Below are positions 1-8,042 of a stretch of 64,000 bases of DNA, piece after piece. Below the pieces are notes generated by a model. It saw only the letters and a program-made list of their open reading frames with translations. It was not told the origin of the DNA and ran no database searches. Source of the DNA: an uncultured delta proteobacterium (lineage in GTDB: Bacteria; Desulfobacterota; BSN033; UBA1163); the NCBI GenBank assembly GCA_963828805.1, contig CAWHGS010000021.1, positions 26,974 to 90,973 on the forward strand, in the 5' to 3' direction. The position numbers were made by a program, and so were the translations under genes. How positions within the stretch are numbered: position 1 is the first letter of the stretch; the number at the start of each line of letters is the position of its first letter.

Positions 1-199
1 CCGAGCATTTCCAGGCGAATCCGAAAACGGTCTTCCGAGTGTCGATAAGTTAAGGTGGGATATTTTCACCCTACCTTTGTTCTTTGGCAGCTGAATATCG
101 GTTTTTTTTCGAGGAGTAGCACCTACAAGTCAAGGGTTGGGACGAGATCCCAGACATGAGGATTGCTGTTTTTGTTTAGAATTACTGGAGGTTACACCC

Positions 200-343
200 A
201 TGAGCGACCATTTCACGGTCAACGAACTGGCCAGGTACTTCAACATTAATCCAAAGACCATTTATCGAAGGCTATGGGCTAAGGGGAGTCCTGCTTACAA
301 GATCGGACGGGTCTGGAGGATCGCCAGGAAGGACATTATTTGA
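200..343 (+). CDS. Excisionase-family helix-turn-helix DNA-binding protein
   Basis: Inner ATG at 200 of ORF 137..343, with GGAG about 10 nt upstream. MSDHFTVNELARYFNINPKTIYRRLWAKGSPAYKIGRVWRIARKDI fits the short excisionase/AlpA-type HTH pattern (..TIYR....G..PA.KIGR.WRI). Confidence 0.7.
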   Translation: MSDHFTVNELARYFNINPKTIYRRLWAKGSPAYKIGRVWRIARKDII

Positions 344-460
344 CTGAAGAGGTAAGATTGTTGATGGTTTCTTATGTCCAATCGAGTCCATAGATTGTTC
401 TTGACATTAGATCTTTAGTGGTGTATCTTAGGGATACACTTCATGTAAAGGAGATTCGGA

Positions 461-628
461 ATGTCACCGAGAGCAGCGAGAAGGAATTTTTACCTATCTG
501 AGTTGCAATTAAAACGGCTCACCCTGATGTCAACGAAAATGGGTTTATCGGCTTCTGAAATTCTGAGAAGAGCAATCGATGAGTATTGGGAAAGGTACGA
601 AAAGAAGGCAAAACAAGAAAGGAAGTGA
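461..628 (+). CDS. Ribbon-helix-helix (CopG/Arc-like) small DNA-binding protein, 55 aa
   Basis: ORF below the track cutoff, found by hand. AAAGGAG lies 8 nt before ATG 461. MSPRAARRNFYLSELQLKRLTLMSTKMGLSASEILRRAIDEYWERYEKKAKQERK has the strand-helix-helix layout of RHH proteins. Confidence 0.5.
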   Translation: MSPRAARRNFYLSELQLKRLTLMSTKMGLSASEILRRAIDEYWERYEKKAKQERK

Positions 629-729
629 AACCTGATAAACCAAACTCGTTAAGGTCAAGATGAAAGAGAGGGTTAGACCGAGAGACCTCTATCGGAAGTA
701 GTTGGAACCGCTCTTGAAGAAGATAAGGA

Positions 730-1161
730 ATGGGGGCCAAGATGGAACTTATAACTTTCGCTTTAGCTTTCACTATTCTGTTATTTTGTGCTTTTGTAGC
801 TTCATTGATAGCTATGCGCAAAGGAAGGAGTGGATTGAGGTGGCTCTTCCTCGGATTTTTGTTGGGTCCCTTTGCACTTGCCGTGGCTTTACTTGTGCCG
901 AGTTTGAGTAAGAAATGCCCTAAATGTGCTAATTATGTGAGAATTGAAGCCCACATTTGTAGATGTTGTGGTTACGGATTTCGACCCTCATCAAATAAGA
1001 ATCGTGATTCTTTCAGAATAGTAGAAGCGACAAATAACGAGACAATCATTGGAAGGATAGATGATTCTGAGACTGACAAGACAATCATTAAGAGGATAGA
1101 TGATTTTGAGAGTAACGAGACAATCATTAAAAGGATAGATGATTCTGAGAGTAATGGATAA
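730..1161 (+). CDS. Membrane-anchored zinc-ribbon protein with C-terminal 13-aa tandem repeats
   Basis: Two hydrophobic helices, then CPKC..x11..CRCC (zinc-ribbon spacing), then a 3x ETIIxRIDDSESN repeat. No family recognised. Confidence 0.5.
   Translation: MGAKMELITFALAFTILLFCAFVASLIAMRKGRSGLRWLFLGFLLGPFALAVALLVPSLSKKCPKCANYVRIEAHICRCCGYGFRPSSNKNRDSFRIVEATNNETIIGRIDDSETDKTIIKRIDDFESNETIIKRIDDSESNG
1041..1157 (+). repeat. 3 x 39-bp in-frame tandem repeat inside the 730..1161 CDS
   Basis: Units 1041-1079, 1080-1118 and 1119-1157 (gacaatcatt..ggatagatgatt.tgaga...) differ at only a few positions. Confidence 0.9.
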
Positions 1162-1230
1162 GAAACCACGTTTAGGATCAGACCCTTTGGAGTGGATAAG
1201 GGATACGAGGAAAGAAGCGGAAGGGGAGAT

Positions 1231-1661
1231 ATGAGGAAGAGAAACGGAGTTATCCTTGCGGTCATTGGATACATTGTTTTCTTTTTCTGTATGGAAGGAT
1301 GGGGGGCGAATTGGAAAGTTATCGGGGAAGATCTTGAAGATAGTGTATGGGAAATTGATGAGGCAAGCATCTCTCGTCAGCCTAATAACATTGTTAGGGC
1401 TTCCTTTAAACAACTCATTCAACAAAAAGTGTAAACAATTGGGTAAAAAGCTTTGGGGAGAAATACACTGATCTTACTTCTTCCATAGAATTAGATGAAT
1501 ATCACTGCGCGGAGGAAAAAATGCGCCTATTAAGCGTGACTGGGTATTCTCTTGATGGTCGGGTGATATATTCAGATCATTCTGCTAAAGAATGGCGATT
1601 TGTGGTCCCAGAATCAATAGGGGAGACCGTGTTTAAACAAGTATGCAAAAAACCTAAATAA
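1231..1661 (+). pseudogene. Small exported protein gene broken by two frameshifts (~1420-1470)
   Basis: AAGGGGAG RBS plus ATG 1231, with a signal-like N-terminus. The reading frame continues through ORFs 1192..1434 and 1256..1471, then a third frame (..YTDLTSSIELDEYHCAEEKMRLLSVTGYSLDGRVIYSDHSAKEWRFVVPESIGETVFKQVCKKPK*). It resembles small surface-adhesin-E-like lipoproteins, but the family call is uncertain. Confidence 0.4.
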
Positions 1662-2011
1662 TAAAGGCAAAACCACTCCCCGTGAAAAAGACAATGGCGA
1701 CGAGGAATATATTGCACTCCCTGACCCTAATGGCAACCCCCTAAAGTCCATAAAGAGATCATTTCACACGGCACTAACGAAAGCGGGGATCAAGGATTTC
1801 AGATGGCATGATTTGAGGCATACGAGCGCAAGCCATTTATTGATGAGAGGTGCATCTTGAAGACGGTTCAGGAACATTTGGGGCATACGTCAATCGCAAT
1901 GACGCAGAGATATTCTCACCTGAGCAGGAATTTGTGAGAGAGGACATTCAAAGATTGAACGGTATTGCGGAACGGTGGCGAAAATGGAAAAGGAAGTCAA
2001 CAGGAAGATAG
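1662..2011 (+). pseudogene. Tyrosine recombinase (phage integrase) C-terminal fragment, N-terminal half missing, at least 2 frameshifts
   Basis: ..KSIKRSFHTALTKAGIKDFRWHDLRHTSASHLLMRGAS / LKTVQEHLGHTSIAMTQRYSHLS / QEFVREDIQRL.. is read across three frames. The catalytic HxLRH, LGH and Y motifs are present. The upstream catalytic Arg box and the SAM-like domain are absent. Confidence 0.75.
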
Positions 2012-2095
2012 TAAGAAATTAGTAAGAAATGACCAAATTATCAATGGAACATCCAACCCTATCCTATGCAACCGCTTAAAACCATTAAAAGAAAA

Positions 2096-2173
<78 letters not shown>

Positions 2174-2246
2174 ACCTGTTTAGAGTAAACGATTTGTTTT
2201 CAAAAGTCCAGAAGCTTTGAAAGAAGTTTTGAAAGAAGGGCTTCAA

Positions 2247-2302
2247 TTCAGACACTGGACTTCAGACGCCAAAGTTCAGATTTCAGAGGTCAGACGTCAG
2301 AC
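2247..2302 (+). repeat. Degenerate heptamer array (K)TCAGAC, left arm of a large imperfect inverted repeat
   Basis: The array reads ttcagac..ttcagac..ttcagat ttcagag gtcagac gtcagac. Its reverse complement recurs at 2423-2450. Confidence 0.8.
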
Positions 2303-2422
2303 TAAAAAGAGAAAGTGGCCAAGGGCCACATAAGGATAACGGAGAGATGGTCTGATCGGAGGCGATGAGAGAACAGACACGCCGTGCCGGCAGGCAGGGA
2401 CACAATTCTTGAAACGTCCGGT

Positions 2423-2506
2423 ATCTGACGTCTGATGTCTGACTTCTGACGTCTGGTGTCTTCAGCCTTCAGCCTGTTGCCTATTGCCTATCGCCTGTTG
2501 CCTAAT
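2423..2506 (+). repeat. 12 consecutive heptanucleotide units drifting from GTCTGAC to GCCTRTT
   Basis: atctgac gtctgat gtctgac ttctgac gtctggt gtcttca gccttca gcctgtt gcctatt gcctatc gcctgtt gcctaat, with strict 7-nt register over 84 nt. Confidence 0.9.
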
Positions 2507-2512
2507 ACAGGG

Positions 2513-2541
2513 TTGACAACCTTCGGCGAGTTGGGTTAATT
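2513..2541 (+). promoter_or_regulatory. Candidate sigma70 promoter for the thymidylate-synthase-like gene
   Basis: TTGACA (2513-2518), 17-nt spacer, TTAATT (2536-2541). The -35 is perfect and the -10 is weak. Confidence 0.35.
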
Positions 2542-2574
2542 TTCATCAACTTTTCAAATTTCGTGGGGTCGAAG

Positions 2575-3231
2575 ATGAAGATCGAATTCATTCAAGCAAG
2601 GGACCTGCCGGATGCGTGGTTTCAGTGCGTGTACAACATTTTTGATCACGGATATGAGTATACGATCGATCGGGGGAGCTTCAAAGGCCACCAGAGACTC
2701 GAATACGATTACATCGTCGTCCAGATCGCCCATCCCGCGACAAGGCCCCTCATTCCGGATATTCCCCCGGGACTGAACGTTCCTCCGCCGACCTCGATGG
2801 AGTATGTGGAGCAGTATGTCGAAAAGCTGATTACTTCGATCAAAGGAACTCATGAGCAGTATACCTATGGCGAAGACCTCGAGAAACAGATTGATGAGGT
2901 CATCAAGATGTACCGGGAAGAGGGGTATAACACGAATCAGGCCTATATGGCTGTCGGCAATGCCAATTCCATTCTCCTCGAAGACCCCCAGTGCCTTCGC
3001 GGAATTGATACGCGGGTCCGCTATGGAAGACTCCATTTCATGCTCTACTTCCGCTCCTGGGATTTATGGGCGGGTTTTCCGTCAAACCTGGCGGGTATCC
3101 AGCTCCTGAAGGAATACATGGCAAAGGAGATCGGAGTGGAGGATGGAGAGATGATTGCCTCAAGCAAGGGCATGCATCTCTATGACTACTGCTGGGATCT
3201 TGCCATGACAAGAACTGGAAGAAAAAAATAG
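2575..3231 (+). CDS. Thymidylate synthase (ThyA) family protein, short archaeal-like form
   Basis: DPQCLRGID (catalytic Cys, cf. PCH) and FRSWDLWAGFPSNLAGIQLL (cf. RS.D...G.PFN) match the ThyA core. At about 218 aa it is shorter than E. coli ThyA. The start could be 2563 or 2575. Confidence 0.7.
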   Translation: MKIEFIQARDLPDAWFQCVYNIFDHGYEYTIDRGSFKGHQRLEYDYIVVQIAHPATRPLIPDIPPGLNVPPPTSMEYVEQYVEKLITSIKGTHEQYTYGEDLEKQIDEVIKMYREEGYNTNQAYMAVGNANSILLEDPQCLRGIDTRVRYGRLHFMLYFRSWDLWAGFPSNLAGIQLLKEYMAKEIGVEDGEMIASSKGMHLYDYCWDLAMTRTGRKK

Positions 3232-3273
3232 AGGTTTCAGGTCTCAAGTTTCAGGTGTCAGGTTTCAGGGTTC
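3232..3273 (+). repeat. 6 x heptamer AGGTNTC tandem array between convergent genes
   Basis: aggtttc aggtctc aagtttc aggtgtc aggtttc agggttc. The last units overlap the folE2 stop codon. Confidence 0.9.
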
Positions 3274-4054
3274 TCTGCTTTCGACATAGGCGTAGGCGCT
3301 GTGGTTATGGATGGATTCGAAGTTTTCAGATTCGACCGCATACCAGGTGATGTTCAGGTCCCGTTTTAACCGCTTGGCAATTTCTCTCACCACATCTTCC
3401 ACAAACATCGGGTTCTTGTAGGCTTTTTCGGTGACATACTTTTCGTCGGGTCGTTTCAGAATGGAATAGAGATCACACGAGGCGCAGTCCTCGATCAATT
3501 GAATGATGTCTTCAATCCAGATGAATTTCCTGAACCGAAGACGGACGGTGACGATCGATCTCTGGTTATGGGCGCCGTACTTGCTGATCTCCTTGGAGCA
3601 GGGGCACACGGTCGTTATAGGAACAACGATCCCCACATAGAAGTCGTCCTTTTCCCTTCTGATCGCTTGATCCGCAGAACCGGCAGATGTATTCCATCAG
3701 ACTTTTTGAGCGGGTCACGGGCGCTTCTTTTTCAATGAAATAGGGGAATTCAACCTCCAGATGGGCAGACTTTGCTTTCAGTTTCAGTTTCATTTCAAGC
3801 AGGATACTTGAAAAACTCTTGATGGAGATTTCTCCCTTAAACTTGTTGAGGATTTCGATGAAGCGGCTCATGTGGGTCCCCTTGAATTGGTGGGGTAGAT
3901 CCACATACATGTTCACGCTGGCAACGGTATGCTGAACGCCCTTTGCCTTATCAAGAACCGTAATGGGGTACCGGATATTCTTGACCCCAACCTTATTGAT
4001 CTCGATTTTTCGATGATCTTTTTGGTTCTGGATATCGTCCATCTTATCTTCCAA
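3265..4054 (-). CDS. folE2: GTP cyclohydrolase IB (FolE2/MptA family), one frameshift at the T/A run ~3650-3656
   Basis: ORFs 3566..4054 (..[17 protein letters not shown]..) and 3265..3636 (..[23 protein letters not shown]..) are the two halves of FolE2. They join as ..QKG|[18 protein letters not shown]. Confidence 0.85.
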
Positions 4055-4415
4055 AATAGGTGGCGCTGGCTGTATCGGACTCCCACGCCGTCACCCTTTT
4101 GAGTTTTACGGGATAGCGGGTTAGCTCCGGTTTCAGTTTATCGAAGATATATTTTGCAATCGTTTCAGAAGAGGGCTCTTTCTTCGCAAAATAGGCGAGA
4201 TCGTTCAGATAGGTATGATCCAGGGTTTTCAGGATCTTTTGGAGTTTCTGTTTAAGAATCCCGAAATCGAGAACGATTCCTTCCTGACTCAAACGATTCT
4301 TGACAACAGAGGCTTCAATCTTCCAGTTGTGGCCGTGGAGGGCTTCACAGCGACCCTGAAGGCAACGCAACCGGTGAGCCCCTGAGAAATGGGAATAAAC
4401 GGTAATTTCAAACAT
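4044..4415 (-). CDS. queD: 6-carboxytetrahydropterin synthase / 6-pyruvoyl-tetrahydropterin synthase family (QueD-like)
   Basis: 123 aa. Motifs FSGAHRL and CEALHGHNW (Cx3HGH) are typical of QueD/PTPS. The stop overlaps the folE2 start. Confidence 0.8.
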   Translation of the reverse strand: MFEITVYSHFSGAHRLRCLQGRCEALHGHNWKIEASVVKNRLSQEGIVLDFGILKQKLQKILKTLDHTYLNDLAYFAKKEPSSETIAKYIFDKLKPELTRYPVKLKRVTAWESDTASATYFGR

Positions 4416-4420
4416 GAACT

Positions 4421-5774
4421 CTAACCCACCAGAATGATCCGAACATCCATGACATTCGTCCGTGTCGGCCCTGTCATTAAAAGGTCCCCCAGTTTTTTAA
4501 AGAACGGGTAGGCATCGTTGTTCTCAAGATTGGCCCTGGGGTCGAGTCCGATCCCGCGAGCCCTCTTGACTGTCGTCGAGTCGGAAATGGCTCCTGCAGC
4601 ATCGGTAGGCCCATCCGTTCCATCGGTCCCTCCGCTGAGAAGAACGACCTTTTCGATTCCCTCGATCTCCAATGCACCGGCCAGGGCGAATTCCTGATTT
4701 CGCCCTCCAAGACCGTTTCCTCTGATCGTGACCGTCGTTTCTCCGCCCGAGATAAGACACGCAGGTTTTGGAATCGGGTTCCCGTGCTGGGCGACTTCCC
4801 TGACGATAGCGGCATGGAACCGGGCCGCCTCTTTCGTTTCACCCACAATGGAAGAGGAGAGGATGAGCGTATTGAAACCAAGCGATCTCGATTCCCTCGC
4901 TGCCGTTTGAAGGGCAAGAAGGTTCGATCCGATCAGCAGATTGTAGACCCTCTCAAAGGACGGATCTCCGGGCTTCGGCGTTTCTCCGATCTTTCCTTCC
5001 TTTCCGGACAGGAGATGACGATAAACGGACGGAGCGACTTCGTTCACGAGGTTGTACTTCTTTAGAATTTCCCAGGCCTCCTCAAAGGTGGAGGTATCGG
5101 GCACCGTGGGGCCGGAGCCGATGGAATCGAGCGGGTCACCGACGACGTCGGATAGGATGAAGGCAACCACCGTCGATGGATAGGCCAGTTGTGCGAGCCT
5201 TCCCCCCTTGATCTGAGAGATATGCTTCCGGATGGTATTGATTTCTTTGATATCGGCGCCGCAGTCGAGCAGGAGCTGGGTGACTTCCTGCTTTTCTTCG
5301 AGCAGAATGGGACTGGCAGGCATAGGCATGAGAGCGGAGCCTCCCCCGGAAAGAAGAAAAAGGACAAGATCCCGGGGACCCGAGTCTTTAAGAAGCTGAA
5401 CCATCTTCTCCGCTCCGGCGATGCCCTTCTGGTCAGGGATGGGGTGGCTCGCCTCGATGATTTCCGTCCGGTTCAACGGCAGGGCATGGCCGGTTTTGGT
5501 CGTGATGACGCCTTTTGTGATTCGGTCACCAAAGACCTCTTCGATCGCCTGAGCCATGGGAGCCGAGGCCTTTCCGGCTCCAATCAGGTAGATATTGCTG
5601 AAATTATTCAGGTCAAATTCGATTGGGAAGCCCTTCCGGCCTGACGACACGGAGTCGGCTCTTCTCAATTTCAAGAACTTCTTTCAGCCTTCGATAAGGG
5701 TCGGCTGCCGAAACAGCCTTTGTGAAAAGGGTCTTTGCAATGGTTCTGAGCTCTTCAATAGAAAATGTTTTCAT
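4421..5774 (-). CDS. Glycerate 2-kinase / hydroxypyruvate reductase family (MOFRL) protein, one frameshift ~5630-5645
   Basis: LIGAGKASAPMAQAIEE and the C-terminal SGGTDGTDGPTDAAGA..GPTRTNVMD are typical of MOFRL. The N-terminal 45 aa (MKTFSIEELRTIAKTLF.., AAGGAG RBS, ATG 5774) lie in another frame (ORF 5613..5801). Confidence 0.8.
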
Positions 5775-5903
5775 GTGACACTCCTTGAAAACGTTAAACA
5801 ATCTTATAATTGAAAACTGTATTAGTCAAATCCGTTTTACATGACGCAGGCTTCTTTGTTATAGTGAAAGGAATGAATTCTCCTTCCCGATTCCGGGGGC
5901 CCC

Positions 5904-7268
5904 ATGGTTATTGAGGGGAAACTTCCTCTCCGTTACGTCCTTACCGTCACTGAACTCACCCAAGAGATCAAGAGCCTTCTGGAGAAGCGATTCTCAGAAG
6001 TCTGGGTGGAGGGTGAGATCTCGAATCTCCGAATCCCGCCATCGGGGCATCTCTATTTTACTCTGAAGGATGATCTTAGCCAGATCCGGGCCGTTCTTTT
6101 CCGGACGCAGGCCCGTTCGCTTCGTTTCCTTCCGGAAGATGGACTGCACGTGATTAGCCGGGGACGGGTGAGTCTCTACGAAAAGCGGGGCGACTATCAA
6201 CTCATCCTGGAAACGATGGAGCCCAAGGGAATCGGGGCCCTTCAACTGGCCTTTTTGCAGCTGAAGGAAAAACTGGAGAAGGAGGGGCTTTTTGCCCAGG
6301 ATCACAAGAAAGCGATTCCCATGATTTCCCAGAGGATTGGAATCGTCACCTCTCCCACAGGGGCTGTGATCAGGGACATGCTCCATGTTCTCGCGAGGCG
6401 ATTCGAAAATCTTCACATCCTAATCTATCCCGCGCGAGTTCAGGGGGAAGCGGCCTGGCAGGAGATTGCCCGGGGAATCGAATATTTCAATCGGGAGAAG
6501 AATGTTGATGTCTTGATCATCGCAAGAGGGGGAGGGTCTCTCGAAGACCTCTGGGCGTTTAACGAAGAAGGGCTCGCAAGGGCCATCTTCAGGTCCCGAA
6601 TCCCGATCATTTCCGCCGTTGGACATGAAACCGATTACACGATTTCAGACTTTGTGGCTGACCTGAGGGCGCCGACTCCTTCCGCGGCGGCGGAGCTTGT
6701 TGTCAGGGATAAGCGGGAGCTGAAGAATACCCTTTACCACTTGAGTTACCGGTTAGAAAGTCAGATGGATCAGACGCTTCAGGAGCTTCGAACCGATCTG
6801 AACCACCTTCGAAAAATATTGGGAAGTCCCCGCAAGGCCATAGAGAATTATTTTCTCAGAATCGATGAACTTTTCGGTCGGCTTCAGCGGATGATCTCCT
6901 GGACGATCGAGAGATGTCATGAGAAGAATCTTCATATCAGCAGGGCTCTCTCCCTCCAGAGTCCGAAAGGAAGATTAGGTCACCAGCGTTTACTGTCCCT
7001 GGAGGCATCCAAGCGCCTTGAGCAACACTTCAACCATACGATCGGGATTCAGAGGGAGAGGCTCAAGGGGTTAATGGGACGATTGGATTCGTTGAGCCCT
7101 CTCTCAATCCTTCAGCGAGGGTACAGCATTACGAGAAAGATCCCGAACCTCGAGATCCTGAGGGATGCCGCCCAGGTCTCCCAGGGAGATCAAGTGGAGG
7201 TTCGGATTCACCGGGGCTCCTTGCTCTGCGAGGTGAGAGAAACAAAAGGGCCGGAGGGAGGGTATTGA
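5904..7268 (+). CDS. xseA: Exodeoxyribonuclease VII large subunit
   Basis: 454 aa with an N-terminal OB-fold (VWVEGEISNLRIPPSGHLYFTLKD), a catalytic core (IIARGGGSLEDLWAFNEE, SAVGHETDYTISDFVAD) and a coiled-coil C-terminus. Confidence 0.9.
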   Translation: MVIEGKLPLRYVLTVTELTQEIKSLLEKRFSEVWVEGEISNLRIPPSGHLYFTLKDDLSQIRAVLFRTQARSLRFLPEDGLHVISRGRVSLYEKRGDYQLILETMEPKGIGALQLAFLQLKEKLEKEGLFAQDHKKAIPMISQRIGIVTSPTGAVIRDMLHVLARRFENLHILIYPARVQGEAAWQEIARGIEYFNREKNVDVLIIARGGGSLEDLWAFNEEGLARAIFRSRIPIISAVGHETDYTISDFVADLRAPTPSAAAELVVRDKRELKNTLYHLSYRLESQMDQTLQELRTDLNHLRKILGSPRKAIENYFLRIDELFGRLQRMISWTIERCHEKNLHISRALSLQSPKGRLGHQRLLSLEASKRLEQHFNHTIGIQRERLKGLMGRLDSLSPLSILQRGYSITRKIPNLEILRDAAQVSQGDQVEVRIHRGSLLCEVRETKGPEGGY

Positions 7269-7312
7269 CGAAAGGGTATATTATTATTTAAAATTAATAG
7301 TTTATACTTATG

Positions 7313-7475
7313 TAGAAAATAGGTTTCGTCTGACGGCAAGGATGCCCGTATCGTCATTGGGCAACGTTCTTCGTATTGAGAAGTTCACGTAAGCGGTTCG
7401 ACCTAAACGAAACGCCTGCCTGCCGGCAGGCAGGGGCTTGTAACCGTAACCCTAACCATAACGCCCGGACTATTC
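7313..7475 (+). repeat. Dispersed repeat, copy A (inverted copy at 20593-20712), carrying a nested 20-nt palindrome
   Basis: ggcaaggatgcccgtatcgtcattgggcaacgttcttc ... ccctaaccataacgcccggac aligns with the reverse complement of 20593-20712. Extra internal material here includes the palindrome at 7415-7434. Confidence 0.8.
7415..7434. repeat. Perfect 20-nt palindrome CCTGCCTGCCGGCAGGCAGG (hairpin family member)
   Basis: The sequence is exactly self-complementary. Related hairpins occur at 2385-2398 (partial), 7925-7943 and 14418-14449. Confidence 0.9.
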
Positions 7476-7540
7476 TCATCGTTCGAGGGTGTCCTTCGGG
7501 CATGGCGCATTACTTAGAGAGCGGGGGAGAGGGGGTAGGA

Positions 7541-7786
7541 ATGGCGAAGGAAAAATTTGAAGAGGCCCTCAGTAAACTGGAGAAGATCGTCTCAAAATTG
7601 GAGAAGGGAGATATTCCCCTGGAAGAATCTCTGAAGTTTTTTGAGGAGGGGATTCGACTTTCAAGATTGTGCAATCAAAAACTGGACGAAGCTGAAAAGC
7701 GGGTGGAAGTCCTTCTGAAAGATAAGGAAGGAGTATTAAAACCTCAGCCTTTTGATCCTTCGGTAAACTCAGGACAGGCCCCTTGA
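7541..7786 (+). CDS. xseB: Exodeoxyribonuclease VII small subunit
   Basis: Inner ATG 7541 of ORF 7376..7786, preceded by a G-rich RBS. MAKEKFEEALSKLEKIVSKLEKGDIPLEESLKFFEEGIRLSRLCNQKLDEAEKRVEVL is the canonical XseB pattern. Confidence 0.9.
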   Translation: MAKEKFEEALSKLEKIVSKLEKGDIPLEESLKFFEEGIRLSRLCNQKLDEAEKRVEVLLKDKEGVLKPQPFDPSVNSGQAP

Positions 7787-7828
7787 CTCAGGACAGGTCC
7801 CTTCGATGAGCTCAGGACAGGCTCTTTC
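7768..7828 (+). repeat. 3 spaced direct copies of CTCAGGACAGGYCYYTT, the first overlapping the xseB stop
   Basis: Copies lie at 7768-7784, 7787-7804 and 7811-7828. A degenerate fourth (attcagggcag) starts near 7834. Confidence 0.85.
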
Positions 7829-7924
7829 GGGTCATTCAGGGCAGAACGATTCAAGGTTGCCGGAAGACTCTCCCGTCAATGACAATGAATAAGGAATCCG
7901 TGATTCAGACAGTAAAAGACCATA

Positions 7925-7943
7925 CCTGCCTACCGCAGGCAGG
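7925..7943. repeat. CCTGCCT-ACCGC-AGGCAGG hairpin (same family as 7415-7434)
   Basis: 7-bp perfect stem with a 5-nt loop. Confidence 0.8.
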
Positions 7944-8042
7944 GACCTCAGATATCAGACCGAATCTGAAAATAAAGGGAAAAGGCCCAACAGAAAAGGG
8001 GATGAGAAACACTTCAAGGGTTAATTTCCTATTCTAAAATAG

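Larger units (their letters stand above)
1..2095. mobile_element. Decayed end of an integrated element (prophage/island remnant) abutting the 3' end of tRNA-Pro
   Basis: An excisionase-type HTH gene, an RHH gene, orphan small genes and a truncated, frameshifted tyrosine-recombinase gene lie directly beyond the 3' end (2096) of the minus-strand tRNA-Pro. The other boundary is outside the window and no att repeat was seen. Confidence 0.45.

Noticed and set aside
200-628. The excisionase-like HTH gene and RHH gene as a toxin-antitoxin pair
   Set aside because: Neither product resembles a toxin fold. The genes are 117 bp apart rather than overlapping. Both are better explained as DNA-binding accessory genes of the decayed island.
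1192-1471. Two overlapping same-strand ORFs (1192..1434 and 1256..1471) as a genuine overlapping gene pair
   Set aside because: Together with a third frame up to 1661 they spell one continuous small exported protein. They are frameshift fragments of a single gene.
2423-2506. Possible CRISPR array or other spacer-repeat structure in the periodic DNA near tRNA-Pro (also 11738, 14353, 3232, 8043)
   Set aside because: The period is 7 nt with no unique spacers and no cas genes. These are heptamer microsatellite-like arrays, not CRISPR.
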